From Octopus bimaculoides (lineage: Eukaryota), in assembly GCF_001194135.2 (NCBI RefSeq), contig NC_068981.1:87099970-87133482 (forward strand): a DNA stretch of 33,513 bases, written 5' to 3'. The notes below the pieces were generated by a model that saw only the letters and a list, made by a program, of their open reading frames with translations, was not told the origin of the DNA and made no database searches. Shown here one piece after another: positions 11,990 through 23,111 of this stretch. The position numbers and the translations under genes were made by a program. Position 1 is the stretch's first letter; every line of letters begins with the position of its first letter.

Positions 11990-12128
11990 ATCACCATGCA
12001 TACATACACACCAAGTTTGAAAAAATATGTCCAGTAGCTTCAAACTAAGAACACTGGCCTTGACAATATTATCCCTTCCCTTCAAACAATGTATACCTGA
12101 CCTAGTCTCTGTACTCACCAATCGCTTC
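11990..12128 (+). mobile_element. Short CR1/Jockey-type RT N-terminal fragment
   Basis: Frames join to ..TGLDNII/PFKQCIPDLVSVLTNRF, resembling the K.xGxDxI...LKxCxxxLxxxLxxLF region that precedes RT domain 1. Confidence 0.4.
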
Positions 12129-12146
12129 CATCTCTCTCCATCCATT

Positions 12147-12194
12147 CCCTCTCTCTCTCTATATATATATATATATATCCATTCTCTCTCTCAG

Positions 12195-12254
<60 letters not shown>

Positions 12255-12330
12255 TCTCTCTCTCTCAGTCTCTTTCTCTCTCCCTCTCTCTCTCTCTCTC
12301 TCCCTCTCTCTCTCTCTCTCCCGCTCTCTC
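12147..12330. repeat. (CT)n/(TA)n compound microsatellite
   Basis: Direct reading. Confidence 0.96.
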
Positions 12331-12479
12331 TGGATAAATCTCGATCCTTAAGAAACATACTTTAAGAACAAATGGAGATATCTTATGAAGTTCAGCTGGC
12401 AACATTCTGTCTCTAATTAATAAGGGAAGTGGGGATTTCACTATTTTAGGATAGAGGGAAGCAGGATTTTGCCTAATTG

Positions 12480-13230
12480 GGAACCACTGCTCTAACACAC
12501 TCTATATTACCTCCCTTGCCTACACAAAATACAGACATAGCCTCATATGCAAATGATATTGCTGACATAATCCCACAAACCTCCATACGCTACCGCAAAA
12601 TTACTCCAAATTCTAATCAATCATCCAGAAACCTGACTCCAAGCAAACTTCAAGTAGCGTGTGTTAAATGTACATTCTCCTTTCTGACTAACAACACTAT
12701 TGAAAATAAGATACAACCAACGAATGCGTTAATCAAAATAAACATACCAGACTCAAACAAGCAAAAAACAAACACAACTACAGTATTTACATTGCACATA
12801 GAAAACAAAGGCAAACAACATTGCGATCAGTGGTATCACTTTTGGTTTATAGAAAGAAACAGCAGCAAGGATGTACAAACAATATAGATTGTGTTAAGTC
12901 TTGCGTACGCTCCCAAAGTCTCCCATTCACAACAACCACAATGAGCTACAAAGAATACAAAATACCAGCAGAAGTTGTACATTGTCTCATCATAGATTAC
13001 CAACAGTATGGAAGAAAAATACTTAAAATGAAAGACTACCTGCACATAGAAGGAGTAACATCATAATCTCTTTCACAGCATCAAAACGTTACTCTTAAAA
13101 CTTCGTAAATACGCTGTCTCCATTCGACCCAAACAAAAAAAACACTCACACAGAAATAACAGCAGTATCAATAACCTCGTTAACCATTAAACACTATTGG
13201 GAAACACACTAAAAACAAGTGCAGAGAGAC
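12480..13230 (+). mobile_element. Decayed non-LTR retrotransposon RT (YADD region and downstream)
   Basis: ORF 12477-12887 contains LPPLPTQNTDIASYANDIADI, read as SYADD with D to N. AC-rich + strand like the relic at 7660-8930. Confidence 0.6.
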
Positions 13231-15533
13231 TGCAACTGGCATTCTCATTGCTCGCCTTCGCTTGACTTGGTCCAGAATCTACACTGTTAATGGTACAAGC
13301 GATAGCTACAACTTAGTCACTGATTGATAATTCTTCATTTTTGCTTTTCATTATTAATACTATTAGTAATACTACTACCTTTTCAGTGTGGTGTGAGTCT
13401 GACAATTGGGGATGTTGTTTCAATTGCAGATTGAAACTATTTCACTTTCATTAGGCCTGTTAATCTCATTGAGAATGTCATGAGCATCCAATACCTAGTT
13501 TTACTCAACACGTAAATGGTCTTTGTACCTTGTAAAAAAAGAAACCGCTATTTCATTTTCAATGTTCGATGAGAAACATCCTTCCACGTGTTCTGAGCTG
13601 CGAAATAAGTCCATTTTCCCACGTTTCCTCTTTATAAAATATATGATAAAGCATACAAAATAGATGCGTGATGATTCTAAGGCAAAAACGGCAAAATCGT
13701 TGATAGATGTCATCATATATGACAAATAATAGAGAAGTAAGAAAATGAATCAGTTGACGAAAGAGCCACAGCTGCCTACTTAGAGATCTGCCGACAGAAC
13801 GGTCGATAATGTACATGGTGTCACTCTCCCTATCTGTTGTCAATTGGCAAAATACTTAACTTTCAAATGGTTCAGTTCACATAGTTGTTTGTATGTGTCT
13901 TAGGGATGTAAAAATTAGTAATATTCGCAACAGTATGATACTGTATAATACAGTGCTTCATTAACGTACAATATAGAGTTTAAAGAATTAACATAAACAT
14001 TGTTTGGAGGAGGCTCTGTCTTGAGAAACTTTATCCCAGTTGCACAAAGAAGGCTGAAATACTCAACAGTACGCCAACGATCAAAAGAGTTATGTAGGTC
14101 GTCTAACCACCTATATTTTACTTGAATTTCCAAAACTATTCTTTGTGTTTCACTTTGAAGTAGAAATGGAATAGAAACAAATAAAACTTGGCAACATATT
14201 TAATTTACTTTTAACACAAATAACTTTTAGTAAAAAGAAGTCATTTTTAGAATGTGTAATGCTTCGGTGTGTAAGTAAGAATGCACCACAGAAGTGGAAA
14301 ACCTAGACACATTCATTACGTGGATTATTTAATGGCAGAATTTTGTAGATAGGTTCTTTGAATAGGATGTGTAGCATATTCATTGTGTACGTAATGCGGC
14401 TATATTCATTGCGTAATTATTTAGATAGCTGAATGAGTGAATATGTGCTTTAAATTCATTTAACGTGTTATAAGATCATTGAGTGACTCGAGTAAAGTTT
14501 TCCACTATATGTCTAATGTAGATATAGTCATTGTGTGAATTGTAGAGATATGATTGATACAGGGATTTTGTGTAATTGATAAGGACCATAAATAGTTAGA
14601 AACCACATACTGGACCAAAATAATACAATCTGAGAGTACTTCATCGAATACTTATTGATTAACAAACTGGAAGTTCGTGTTATATTTCATAATCAGTAGT
14701 TCTTTTGTCAAAGAAAAATTCAATATATGTATCTTGTTCTTTATTTGTAAATTTAATTATTTGGCGTTATTTTCCAACTCATCATTCCTTATAACAACAT
14801 GAGTATTTTTTATATCAAGTACTGTAAATAATAACTCACCATTATCACGTACTCACGCACAATCTATCCCTAAGCGACGATTATACCCTGACTGCATTTC
14901 GTTTAATGCCTCGACAAAAAAAATACCGGTTAATTATTTCAGTAATGTTTTTAAGGCTGTGCAGTAGTACCCCTCATTGTGGAGAAGTATGAGCTCGTTT
15001 ATTTACAGGCATTATTTTGTTATAATGAGAATGAGCTTTCAAACTATCGTGAATTTAAAATATAAATTTTAAAATTTATAATTAGTGAGTTCATTGCAAA
15101 GTAAAGTTGACGATAAAGAAAACATTAGTTGCATCTTACAAAATTTCAAAACAAGCATCACATACAAGTGGTGAAACTTTCGTCTTACCAGCTGTAAATA
15201 TAGTTCTAAAAACTATGATTGGTCCAAATAAAAATGGTATATCACTAATTATATAGTTTATTATCATATCAATACAAATTGACAAAACAGCAAATGACAT
15301 TGAAAAAACTATGTTGTAATTTGGAAACCACCGAAATGTCGTTACAACTCGATGCAGCTCATTGAGACAACTTCGCGTTATATTGACTCCTTGTTAATGG
15401 TTTAATGCGTTGTGAAATACTGATGAAGTAGATAGAACAGAGTTCCTAGTCGCTGAAAAACCGGAAACCGAGAGAAGACTCAACAATTTCTAAAATTTCA
15501 AAATAACTATTTTTCTATATAACTAGTTATATA

Positions 15534-15699
15534 AGCGTAGGAGTGGCTGTGTGGTAAGTAGTTTGCTTACGAACCACATGGTTCCGGGTTCAGTCCCACT
15601 ACGTGGCACCTTGGGCAAGTGTCTTCTACTATAGCCTGGGGCCGACCAAAGCCTTGTGAGTGGATTTGGTAGAAGGAAACTGAAAGAAGCCTGTCGTAC

Positions 15700-15730
<31 letters not shown>

Positions 15731-15988
15731 CATACATACATATATATATATGTGTGTGTGTGTGTGTATACATTTGTGTGTCTGTGTTTGTCCCCCCACA
15801 CAACATCGCTTGACAACCGCTGCTGGTGTGTTTACGTCCCCGTAACTTAGCTGTTCGGCAAAAGATTCCGATAGAATAAGTACTAGGCTTACAAGGAATA
15901 AGTCCTGGGGTCGATTTGCTCGACTAAAGGCGGTGCTCCAGCATAGCCACAGTCAAATGACTGAAACAAGTAAAAGAGTAAAAGAGTA
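15534..15988 (+). mobile_element. Full-length SINE family 1 copy
   Basis: A box TGGCTGTGTGG, B box GGTTCAGTCCC, CACCTTGGGCAAGTG, internal (TA)n(TG)n, and an (AGTAAAAG)n tail. Confidence 0.95.
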
Positions 15989-15989
15989 T

Positions 15990-16180
15990 TTCCTTCAAAC
16001 TTTGCTTTTGTTATATTTATTCAAACTCCAAAAGATCCCTCCCCAACTACTCCTGCTCATGATCAGAGATTCACATATTGTCAGCCACTAAGGGACATAC
16101 GCAAGTACTTAAGGTCGAACAACTAACATGCAAATTTGTGGTATTGAGCAGGATATTTGCTATAACGATATCTCTACTTC
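15990..16180 (+). mobile_element. Interspersed repeat fragment abutting the SINE tail
   Basis: Recognised from recall as a recurrent octopus repeat (..caaatttgtggtattgagcaggatatttgct..). No second copy in this window to confirm it. Confidence 0.35.
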
Positions 16181-16436
16181 AGTAGCGCAGCGCTAAATCT
16201 GTCTGAAATGTAATGGAAAATAGGTCAGTTTCAACATATTGATGTCCAGATAACAAAAGCAAAGTTTGAAGAGAATAGTAGTCATTTCCGTTAATTTCTA
16301 GATAGAAGCAAATAATAAACAACCCTTACTGACCAATGACAAAAGAAATTAAAATTTTGTTACACAGTGTAATACTCCTATTACAAAATAAGAATAGATA
16401 GAGCATACACTACATTTGGTGGCTATCGTGGATTTT

Positions 16437-16808
16437 TGTTGTTGTTGTTGTTGGCACTCCGTCGCTTACGACGTCGAGGGTTCCAGTTTATTCGATCAAT
16501 GGAACAGCCCGCTCGTGAAATTAACGTGCAAGTGGCTGAGCACTCCACAGACACGTGTACCCTTAATGTAGTTCTCGGGGATATTCAGCGTGACACGGTG
16601 TGACAAGGCTGACCCTTTGAATTACAGGCACAACAGAAACAGGAAGTAAGAGTGAGAGAAGGTTGTGGTGGAAGAGTACAGCAGGGTTCGCCACCATCCC
16701 CTGCGGGAGCCTCGTGGAGCTTTAGGTGTTTTCGCTCAATAAACACTCACAACGCCCGGTCTGGGAATCGAAACCGCGATCCTATGACCGCGAGTCCGCT
16801 GCGCCTCC
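16437..16808 (-). mobile_element. tRNA(Arg-like)-derived SINE, family 3, with (AAC)n tail and a deleted A-box region
   Basis: Minus strand reads GGAGGCGCA GCGGACTCGCGGTCATAGGATCGCGGTTTCGATTCCCAGACCGG (anticodon and T arm, B box GTTTCGATTCC), then the body, ending in (AAC)n at 16437-16453. Confidence 0.85.
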
Positions 16809-17559
16809 CGTAAATTTATAGCACATAAAAAAGAAGCATCTCCATATATCTTTCCGATTCACCAACAACACAGCAGCAAACGCCATAAAGCCTTCACAAC
16901 GTTATTGAATCAGCTTGTCTATTGAATACTCATATTTTTCGGAAACTTAGTCATGAAAATTAACAAGAACGTGAATGTCTTGAACTACATACCGAGCTTC
17001 GATAGCTAAAGGGTGACTATCTACGACCGAAGGACATACGAAACTCAGAGTCTCGTTACGCAATTTCTAAACTACTGGTATCAGGATAAATGAAGACAAT
17101 GAACCTCTTTTTTATCTATTCTCTTAGAGTTGTAGGGCTAACTCGCTTTTGGGGTCATTGGGCGTCTTTAGCGGAATTCACTCTGTTGCAAACGTTCAAA
17201 CTAGTCTTACGGTTTAGGGATAACTCAAAAACTTAAAGCGCCATCCAATTGCACTTTTCCTGGTATAAGTATCACTACTTTCCAGCCGAAGCATACGATA
17301 AAGGTCTCCCAATGGAAACCCAACAGAAAATCAGATGATTCAATATCAAAAGATGTTACCCTACCAGTTGGCGCCAAAAGTTCGCATCAAATACCCTTCT
17401 CCGTCAGTTTGTGACTTTTAATCTAGGATTGCGAGGATTCCATCTGCCTTCACTAACTTCCATCTATGCTACAAGTATCAAAGTAGTGGTTAGCAACAAT
17501 TTGGGGGGAGGTTCTCTTTTGCATCCTAATTTAAACATCCGAATTTAAACATCCTCTTC

Positions 17560-17725
17560 TATCACTTCTTCATAGTAAAAGACAAAACAGATATTCCATT
17601 TTTCTCTGGAATACATGTCATTTTCAATTTCTAATCCATTTTTGATGGCCTAGCTACTCTCTATAGTCCAAGTTTACTCCGAAAGGCGGAATCTGCATCT
17701 CTAGTATACATTCCACCTGCTACTT
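17560..17725 (-). mobile_element. CR1-like RT fragment
   Basis: Minus strand contains aaatggattagaaat (K W I R N) followed by a degenerate ..FQRKMEY.. segment, resembling the LxWIxNFLxxRxQRV region. Very decayed. Confidence 0.3.
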
Positions 17726-17727
17726 AA

Positions 17728-18058
17728 CTCTCTCTCTCTTTCTTTTCTTCCTCTCTCTCTCTCTTTCTTTTCTTCCTCTCTCTCTCTCTCTTTCTTTTCT
17801 TCCTCCCTCTCTCTTTCTCTCTCTCTTTCTTTTCTTCCTCTCTCTCTCTCTTTCTTTTCTTCCTCTCTCTCTCTCTTTCTTTTCTTCCTCTCTTTCTCTT
17901 TCCCTCTCTTTCTTTTCTTCCCCTCTCTCTCTCTCTCTCTCTCTTTCTTTTCTTCCTCTCTCTCTCTCTTTCTTTTCTTCCTCTCTCTCTCTCTTTCTTT
18001 TCTTCCTCTCTCTCTCTTTTTCTTTTCTTCCTCTCTTTCTCTTTCCCTCTCTTTCTTT

Positions 18059-18102
<44 letters not shown>
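17728..18102. repeat. Pure pyrimidine/purine minisatellite: (TTTCTTTTCTTCC + (TC)n) units
   Basis: About 375 bp of only C and T on the + strand. The TTCTTTTCTTCC anchor recurs roughly every 25-35 bp. Confidence 0.96.
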
Positions 18103-18164
18103 CACGAGTTATCCCTGTCTCTTGAAACATGTTGCAATGTGTCCTGTTTCACAAATAGCAATTT

Positions 18165-18285
18165 ACTGACCCTGCAAGCTTTTGAACTATCGACTTCACT
18201 TCCTGCATTTCAAAGGTAGACAATGGAAACGAGATAACTGACAATAATCACTATCTTCCTCTTCTTTAATATCTTTTTCTCTTTA

Positions 18286-18319
<34 letters not shown>

Positions 18320-18660
18320 TAACTGAACATCAGTATGGCCTTCGTAAAGCCATATATAGCGATAATCTGTTCCCCAGTATTTCTTATCAGTTATTATCTT
18401 GAGAGATTCGGTTAAAGCAATTTTGTTGCTCTTGAAATCAATAAAACCTTCGACTATGTCTAGCATAAGCGCCCTCTAGTTAAGTTTCCCACCTGTAGCC
18501 TCGATCCAGCTCTAATTTCTTGGATCGGAAGCTTCCTTCCAAACCGCTTCATTGTAACATTTGCCAGACAAGTACTCTCCGATCCACATTCATTCAGCTC
18601 TGATGTATTCTAAACTTTTATCATATCTCCCCCACTTGTTCTTTCGTATTAGAACTACTT
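18165..18660 (+). pseudogene. CR1/Jockey-group LINE reverse transcriptase relic, split by (CT)n at 18289-18317
   Basis: DPASF*TIDFTSCISKV (DPxNYRPISLTS), then LTEHQYGLRKA...NFVALEINKTFDYV*HKRPLVKFPTCSLDPALISWIGSFLPNR, matching QYGFR, LDISKAFDRVWH and WIxSFLSNR. Largely one frame. Confidence 0.85.
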
Positions 18661-19467
18661 CTCTTCGTCTGACTGTCTTATGAAAAATAAACACGACGCC
18701 ATGTCATGAATTGACTTTCATAAAAATAGTTATTTGAGATTTAAACCGAAATTGTTTAACACGATTATTGCTAAATCACCTGCTTATTTATTAAAGCCAT
18801 TGACATCATCCTGACGTATTATCATATCAACAATAATGACACAAGTTTCGAGTCGGCGGAAACAAGTTGTCCTTACGAAGCCGAATAAGAAAACATTAAT
18901 ATGTTCTAGCTGGTGGAAAATTTAGGAATAATAGCTACGTCGTATCGTATGCTTGATATACATTTCTCATGTTCAATCGGAAAATGATTATTTAGCTGAT
19001 GAAATCTTATGTTCTTAAACAGATTTATTGTAATATTTCATTGATATTGAGTTTTATTTCTAGCTACTACTGCTTGGAGTTATGTTCTGCAACATTTGCA
19101 TAACGACCTTTACATTTCATTTCTTTTGCAGCAGAACTAAAATTTAAGATATTTGCATTCACTGCTATATTGCTTATTTTCTATTTAAAGACCTAGAAGT
19201 TAAATCGTTTTTATTGTCTCGAAAATAGTACAATATTGCGTTTCACTAACATATTTAAATGGATAGGTGGATCGTTAGAGAACCGCACTAAATAATACGA
19301 TATGGTTCTTTTATCCTCTCAAAACGACTTTCACCGTAGTCAGCTTTGCTTATCGCTCCTCTTAGATCGCTAAACAAGTACCAGTAATGTATTGGGTTTA
19401 TCTAACAATGCATATTGCTTCATTCTGAAACAAATCAGCACATGGAATCTATTGCATTGATATCGCA

Positions 19468-20160
19468 GTAATAATTTCTAATAACATGACCACTTATTTG
19501 GTTAGAAGGGATAGTTGGTTATATCAACCCCAGTGCTTGACTGTAACTTTATTTTATCGACTCCTAAAGGATGAAAAACAAAGTTGCCCTCGACAAGATT
19601 TGAACTCGGTATGTAAGAGCTGTAGCTAAAATATCACGTGGCATTTTGCTCCATTTACGTATGATTCTGCCAGTCCCCTCCACCTTTGGTAACACAGTAA
19701 CAATGGTTTCTGATTTAGACACAAGACCAGTAATTTGGAGAAGAGGGGTTTTGTAGATTAAATCAAACCTAGTACATGACTCGTACTTTATTTCGTTGAT
19801 TTTGGAGACCAGCAAGTGCGGAGGAGTGGGGGTAAATCGATTACATTGACCCAGTGTTCAACTGGTACTCATTTTATCGATCCCGAAAGGATGAAAGGCA
19901 AAGCTGACCCCAGCAGAATTTGAACTCAGAACGTAAAGACGGACGAAATGCCGCTAAGCCTTTTTGCACGGCGTGCTAACGATTCTGGCAGCTCACCACC
20001 TTAGTAATAATAATAATATTTTCTACTATATGCACAAGGCCTGAAATTTGTGGGAGGAGTTAGTCGATCACATTGACCCCAGCAATCAAGTGGTACTTAT
20101 TTTATCGACCCTGAAAGGATGAAAGTCGATCTCCGCAGAATTTGAGCTCAGCACGTAAAT
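19468..20160 (-). mobile_element. Head-to-tail array of four SINE family 2 copies (Meta-domain-like core)
   Basis: Copies at about 19468-19684, 19693-19805 (3' part), 19801-20000 and 20018-20158 (5'-truncated). They share TCATCCTTTCGGGxTCGATAAAATxAGTACCA..CTGGGTC and B box GAGTTCAAAT where retained. Most junctions carry (AAT)n-like tracts. Confidence 0.88.
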
Positions 20161-20279
20161 AATAATGATAATAAGAAGAAGATTGAGAATAGGAAGCCAG
20201 ACATAGTCTTAATTAAGAAAGAAAGCATACACATACATGCCTACATAGAGCCCATGCACATACACACATAGAGCTTGCT

Positions 20280-20380
20280 TTATTTACATTTATATTATAT
20301 ATATATATATCATATTATATTATTTTATATTATATTATATTATATTATATTATATTATATATATATATATATATATATAT
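20280..20380. repeat. (TATAT)n/(TA)n microsatellite running into a gap
   Basis: Direct reading. Confidence 0.93.
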
Positions 20381-20647
20381 NNNNNNNNNNNNNNNNNNNN
20401 NNNNNNNNNNNNNNNNNNNNNNNNNNNNNNNNNNNNNNNNNNNNNNNNNNNNNNNNNNNNNNNNNNNNNNNNNNNNNNNNNNNNNNNNNNNNNNNNNNNN
20501 NNNNNNNNNNNNNNNNNNNNNNNNNNNNNNNNNNNNNNNNNNNNNNNNNNNNNNNNNNNNNNNNNNNNNNNNNNNNNNNNNNNNNNNNNNNNNNNGTCGT
20601 ATATATGAATATATATATGTGTGTGTGTGTATGTATATATATATATA

Positions 20648-20778
20648 GTGACTGGCGTTAGGAAGGCCATCCAGCGGTAGAAACTATGCCAAATCAGACT
20701 GGAGTCTGGTGCAGCTCCCCACCTTGCCAACTCTGATCAAATGGTCCAACCCATGCTAGTATGGACAACGGACATTAA

Positions 20779-20834
<56 letters not shown>

Positions 20835-20835
20835 A
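20648..20835 (+). mobile_element. SINE/LINE 3' module ending in (ATG)n
   Basis: GGCGTTAGGAAGGCCATCCAGCGGTAGAAAC...CCAACCCATGCTAGTATGGACAACGGACATTAAATG followed by (ATG)n at 20779-20834. I recall this as a retroposon tail type. Confidence 0.7.
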
Positions 20836-21088
20836 TAAGCTTGACCTTTTCCTTAAAGGCTTGTCATCTTTGGAGTAATTCTTGATTTGTGAAATTGTTT
20901 ACTTCTCACAGCCCAATTGCAGTTGGTAATTGTGACATTATCTAGAAGCGAAGATAATTGCAATAAATCAAAAATGTATGTTGTATGGTGTTTGATATAT
21001 CCTGTATTTGCCCATATTGCTCATAGGTATGCCACTATTACTGCTGGCCACTCTTAGATATTTCTCTTAGTTGTGTTTGTTTAACATA

Positions 21089-22127
21089 CAAAGGTTGGAC
21101 AAAATAATGGAAACACCTAGCATCATAGCATCATAATTTTGAAATATTTATAAAACCATCAAAAGCTTGTTTTTTTATGTTTTTAAATGAAAAGCATTTC
21201 AATATATCTATAAATCAGTCAAAAACTTGTTTATTTTTATGTTTATCGATTTATTATTAGTGTTGCTTAATATGTTTTGCTAAAATTACTGTTTCTTTTC
21301 AGATATCATCAGAAAAAGCTAATTAGAATTCATTAAAATAACAGATCTATCGGACTTTCAATGAGGTCAAATTGTTGGTGCTCGTATGGCAGGCGCTAGC
21401 GTAACGAAAACAACCGAAATGCTTGGTGCATCAAGAAGTATTGTCTCGAAAATAATGACAGCCTTTGAGAAAGAGGGAAAAACCTCCTTGTCAAAACAAA
21501 ACTCCAGAAGACAGCTAAAACTTTCAGATAGGGACCGTCGCACTCTTAGGCGGACTGTTAGAAAGGATCACAAAAGTACAGCTCTTAAAATTACTGCAGA
21601 GCTTAATGACCACCTCGAGAACCTGATTTCCACAAAAACTGTTCGCCGGGAGCTGCACAAAGCCGGATTTCACGGGAGGGCTGCAATCAGAAAACCACTA
21701 GTTTCAAAAACAAACGTTATAAAGCGTTTAGAGTGGAGTAAGAACATACAGAATTGGTCCCAAGAGTAGGGGAAGAATATTATTTTCTCAGACGAGTCAT
21801 CCCTATTTCCGACCACCGGCCGAGTATACGTGAGGAAACAGCCAAAAGAAGTATTTGACCCAGACTGCCTTCTTCCAACTGTTAAACATGGAGGAGAATC
21901 TGTAATGATATGGGCGGGGGCTGTATCTTGAAAATCTGCCGGCCCAATGGTTTCCCTTCATGGCAGAATTAATAGTCAAGACTATTTAAGCATTTTATCT
22001 GATCAAATTCATCCTATGGTTGCGGAACTGTTTCTGAAGGGAAACGTAATCTTTTAGAATGATAATGGACCAATTCACACAGCTAAAGTTGTTACTGAAT
22101 AGCGCGAGGAACATTCTAGTGAAGTTG
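21089..22127 (+). mobile_element. Tc1/mariner DNA transposon, left part (right end lies in the gap)
   Basis: TA at 21087-21088 followed by CAAAGGTTGGACAAAATAATGGAAACACC, a Tc1-type terminus, upstream of a Tc1 transposase frame. The sequence after the gap starts with (TA)n. Confidence 0.8.
21338..22127 (+). pseudogene. Tc1 transposase pseudogene (single frame, five nonsense codons)
   Basis: (M)TDLSDFQ*GQIVGARMAGAS...KTVRRELHK...RKPL...FSDESS...PTVKHGG...IF*NDNGPIHTAK. Paired-like HTH region and the first two catalytic Asp are visible. All five stops are single transitions from CGA, TGG or CAG. Confidence 0.95.
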
Positions 22128-22949
22128 NNNNNNNNNNNNNNNNNNNNNNNNNNNNNNNNNNNNNNNNNNNNNNNNNNNNNNNNNNNNNNNNNNNNNNNNN
22201 NNNNNNNNNNNNNNNNNNNNNNNNNNNNNNNNNNNNNNNNNNNNNNNNNNNNNNNNNNNNNNNNNNNNNNNNNNNNNNNNNNNNNNNNNNNNNNNNNNNN
22301 NNNNNNNNNNNNNNNNNNNNNNNNNNNNNNNNNNNNNNNNNNNNNNNNNNNNNNNNNNNNNNNNNNNNNNNNNNNNNNNNNNNNNNNNNNNNNNNNNNNN
22401 NNNNNNNNNNNNNNNNNNNNNNNNNNNNNNNNNNNNNNNNNNNNNNNNNNNNNNNNNNNNNNNNNNNNNNNNNNNNNNNNNNNNNNNNNNNNNNNNNNNN
22501 NNNNNNNNNNNNNNNNNNNNNNNNNNNNNNNNNNNNNNNNNNNNNNNNNNNNNNNNNNNNNNNNNNNNNNNNNNNNTATATATATATATATATATATGCA
22601 TACGCATACAGGCACACACTTATATGTATGTGTGTATGTATGTGTGTGTGTGTAATCCGTAATAAGCAGTATTAAATTAAAATAGCCATCTATGCATCAT
22701 ACTTAATGAATATACACTGTTAACTGGCCAGTCGTTATTGTAGTTTTCGTTCGACTTAAAATCTGTTATGGTCGTACTGTGCTTAAAAATACATTATGTC
22801 TCTGAGGCAGACGCAAAATCGTGCCTACATCAGCTCGCTAGAACTCCAGAAAGTGTGGAGTACGTGCATGCTTTGACTTAGGACCTCATCTGTGAAGCAT
22901 GATTTTTCAAACTTGCTTTGATTGGTGTTATTCTTTTATTCTTTTTATT

Positions 22950-22995
22950 CTTTTTCTTGTTTCAGTCATTTGACTGCAGCCATGCTGGAGCACAA
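22950..22995 (-). mobile_element. 3' fragment of SINE family 1
   Basis: CTTGTTTCAGTCATTTGACTGCAGCCATGCTGGAGCAC is the reverse complement of the family 1 3' end. Confidence 0.8.
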
Positions 22996-23075
22996 AATCA
23001 GTTATAAGCAATTGAAGCAGAATTGAGTTAAAATTGCTTTCTATGTCTCATGCTTTAATGTAAATACATCGCTTA

Positions 23076-23111
23076 GTATTCGCTTAGTGATGTGTATTCG
23101 CTTAGTGATGT
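23076..23111 (+). repeat. Perfect 2 x 18-bp tandem duplication (GTATTCGCTTAGTGATGT)
   Basis: Units at 23076-23093 and 23094-23111, with a partial CGCTTAG just upstream. Confidence 0.9.

Noticed and set aside
14293-14506. 10-bp inverted repeat AGTGGAAAAC/GTTTTCCACT
   Set aside because: No TA or 8-bp target duplication and no extension; compatible with chance or an unrecoverable MITE.
17701-18161. Long K/R/E-rich ORFs
   Set aside because: Translations of the purine strand of a minisatellite.
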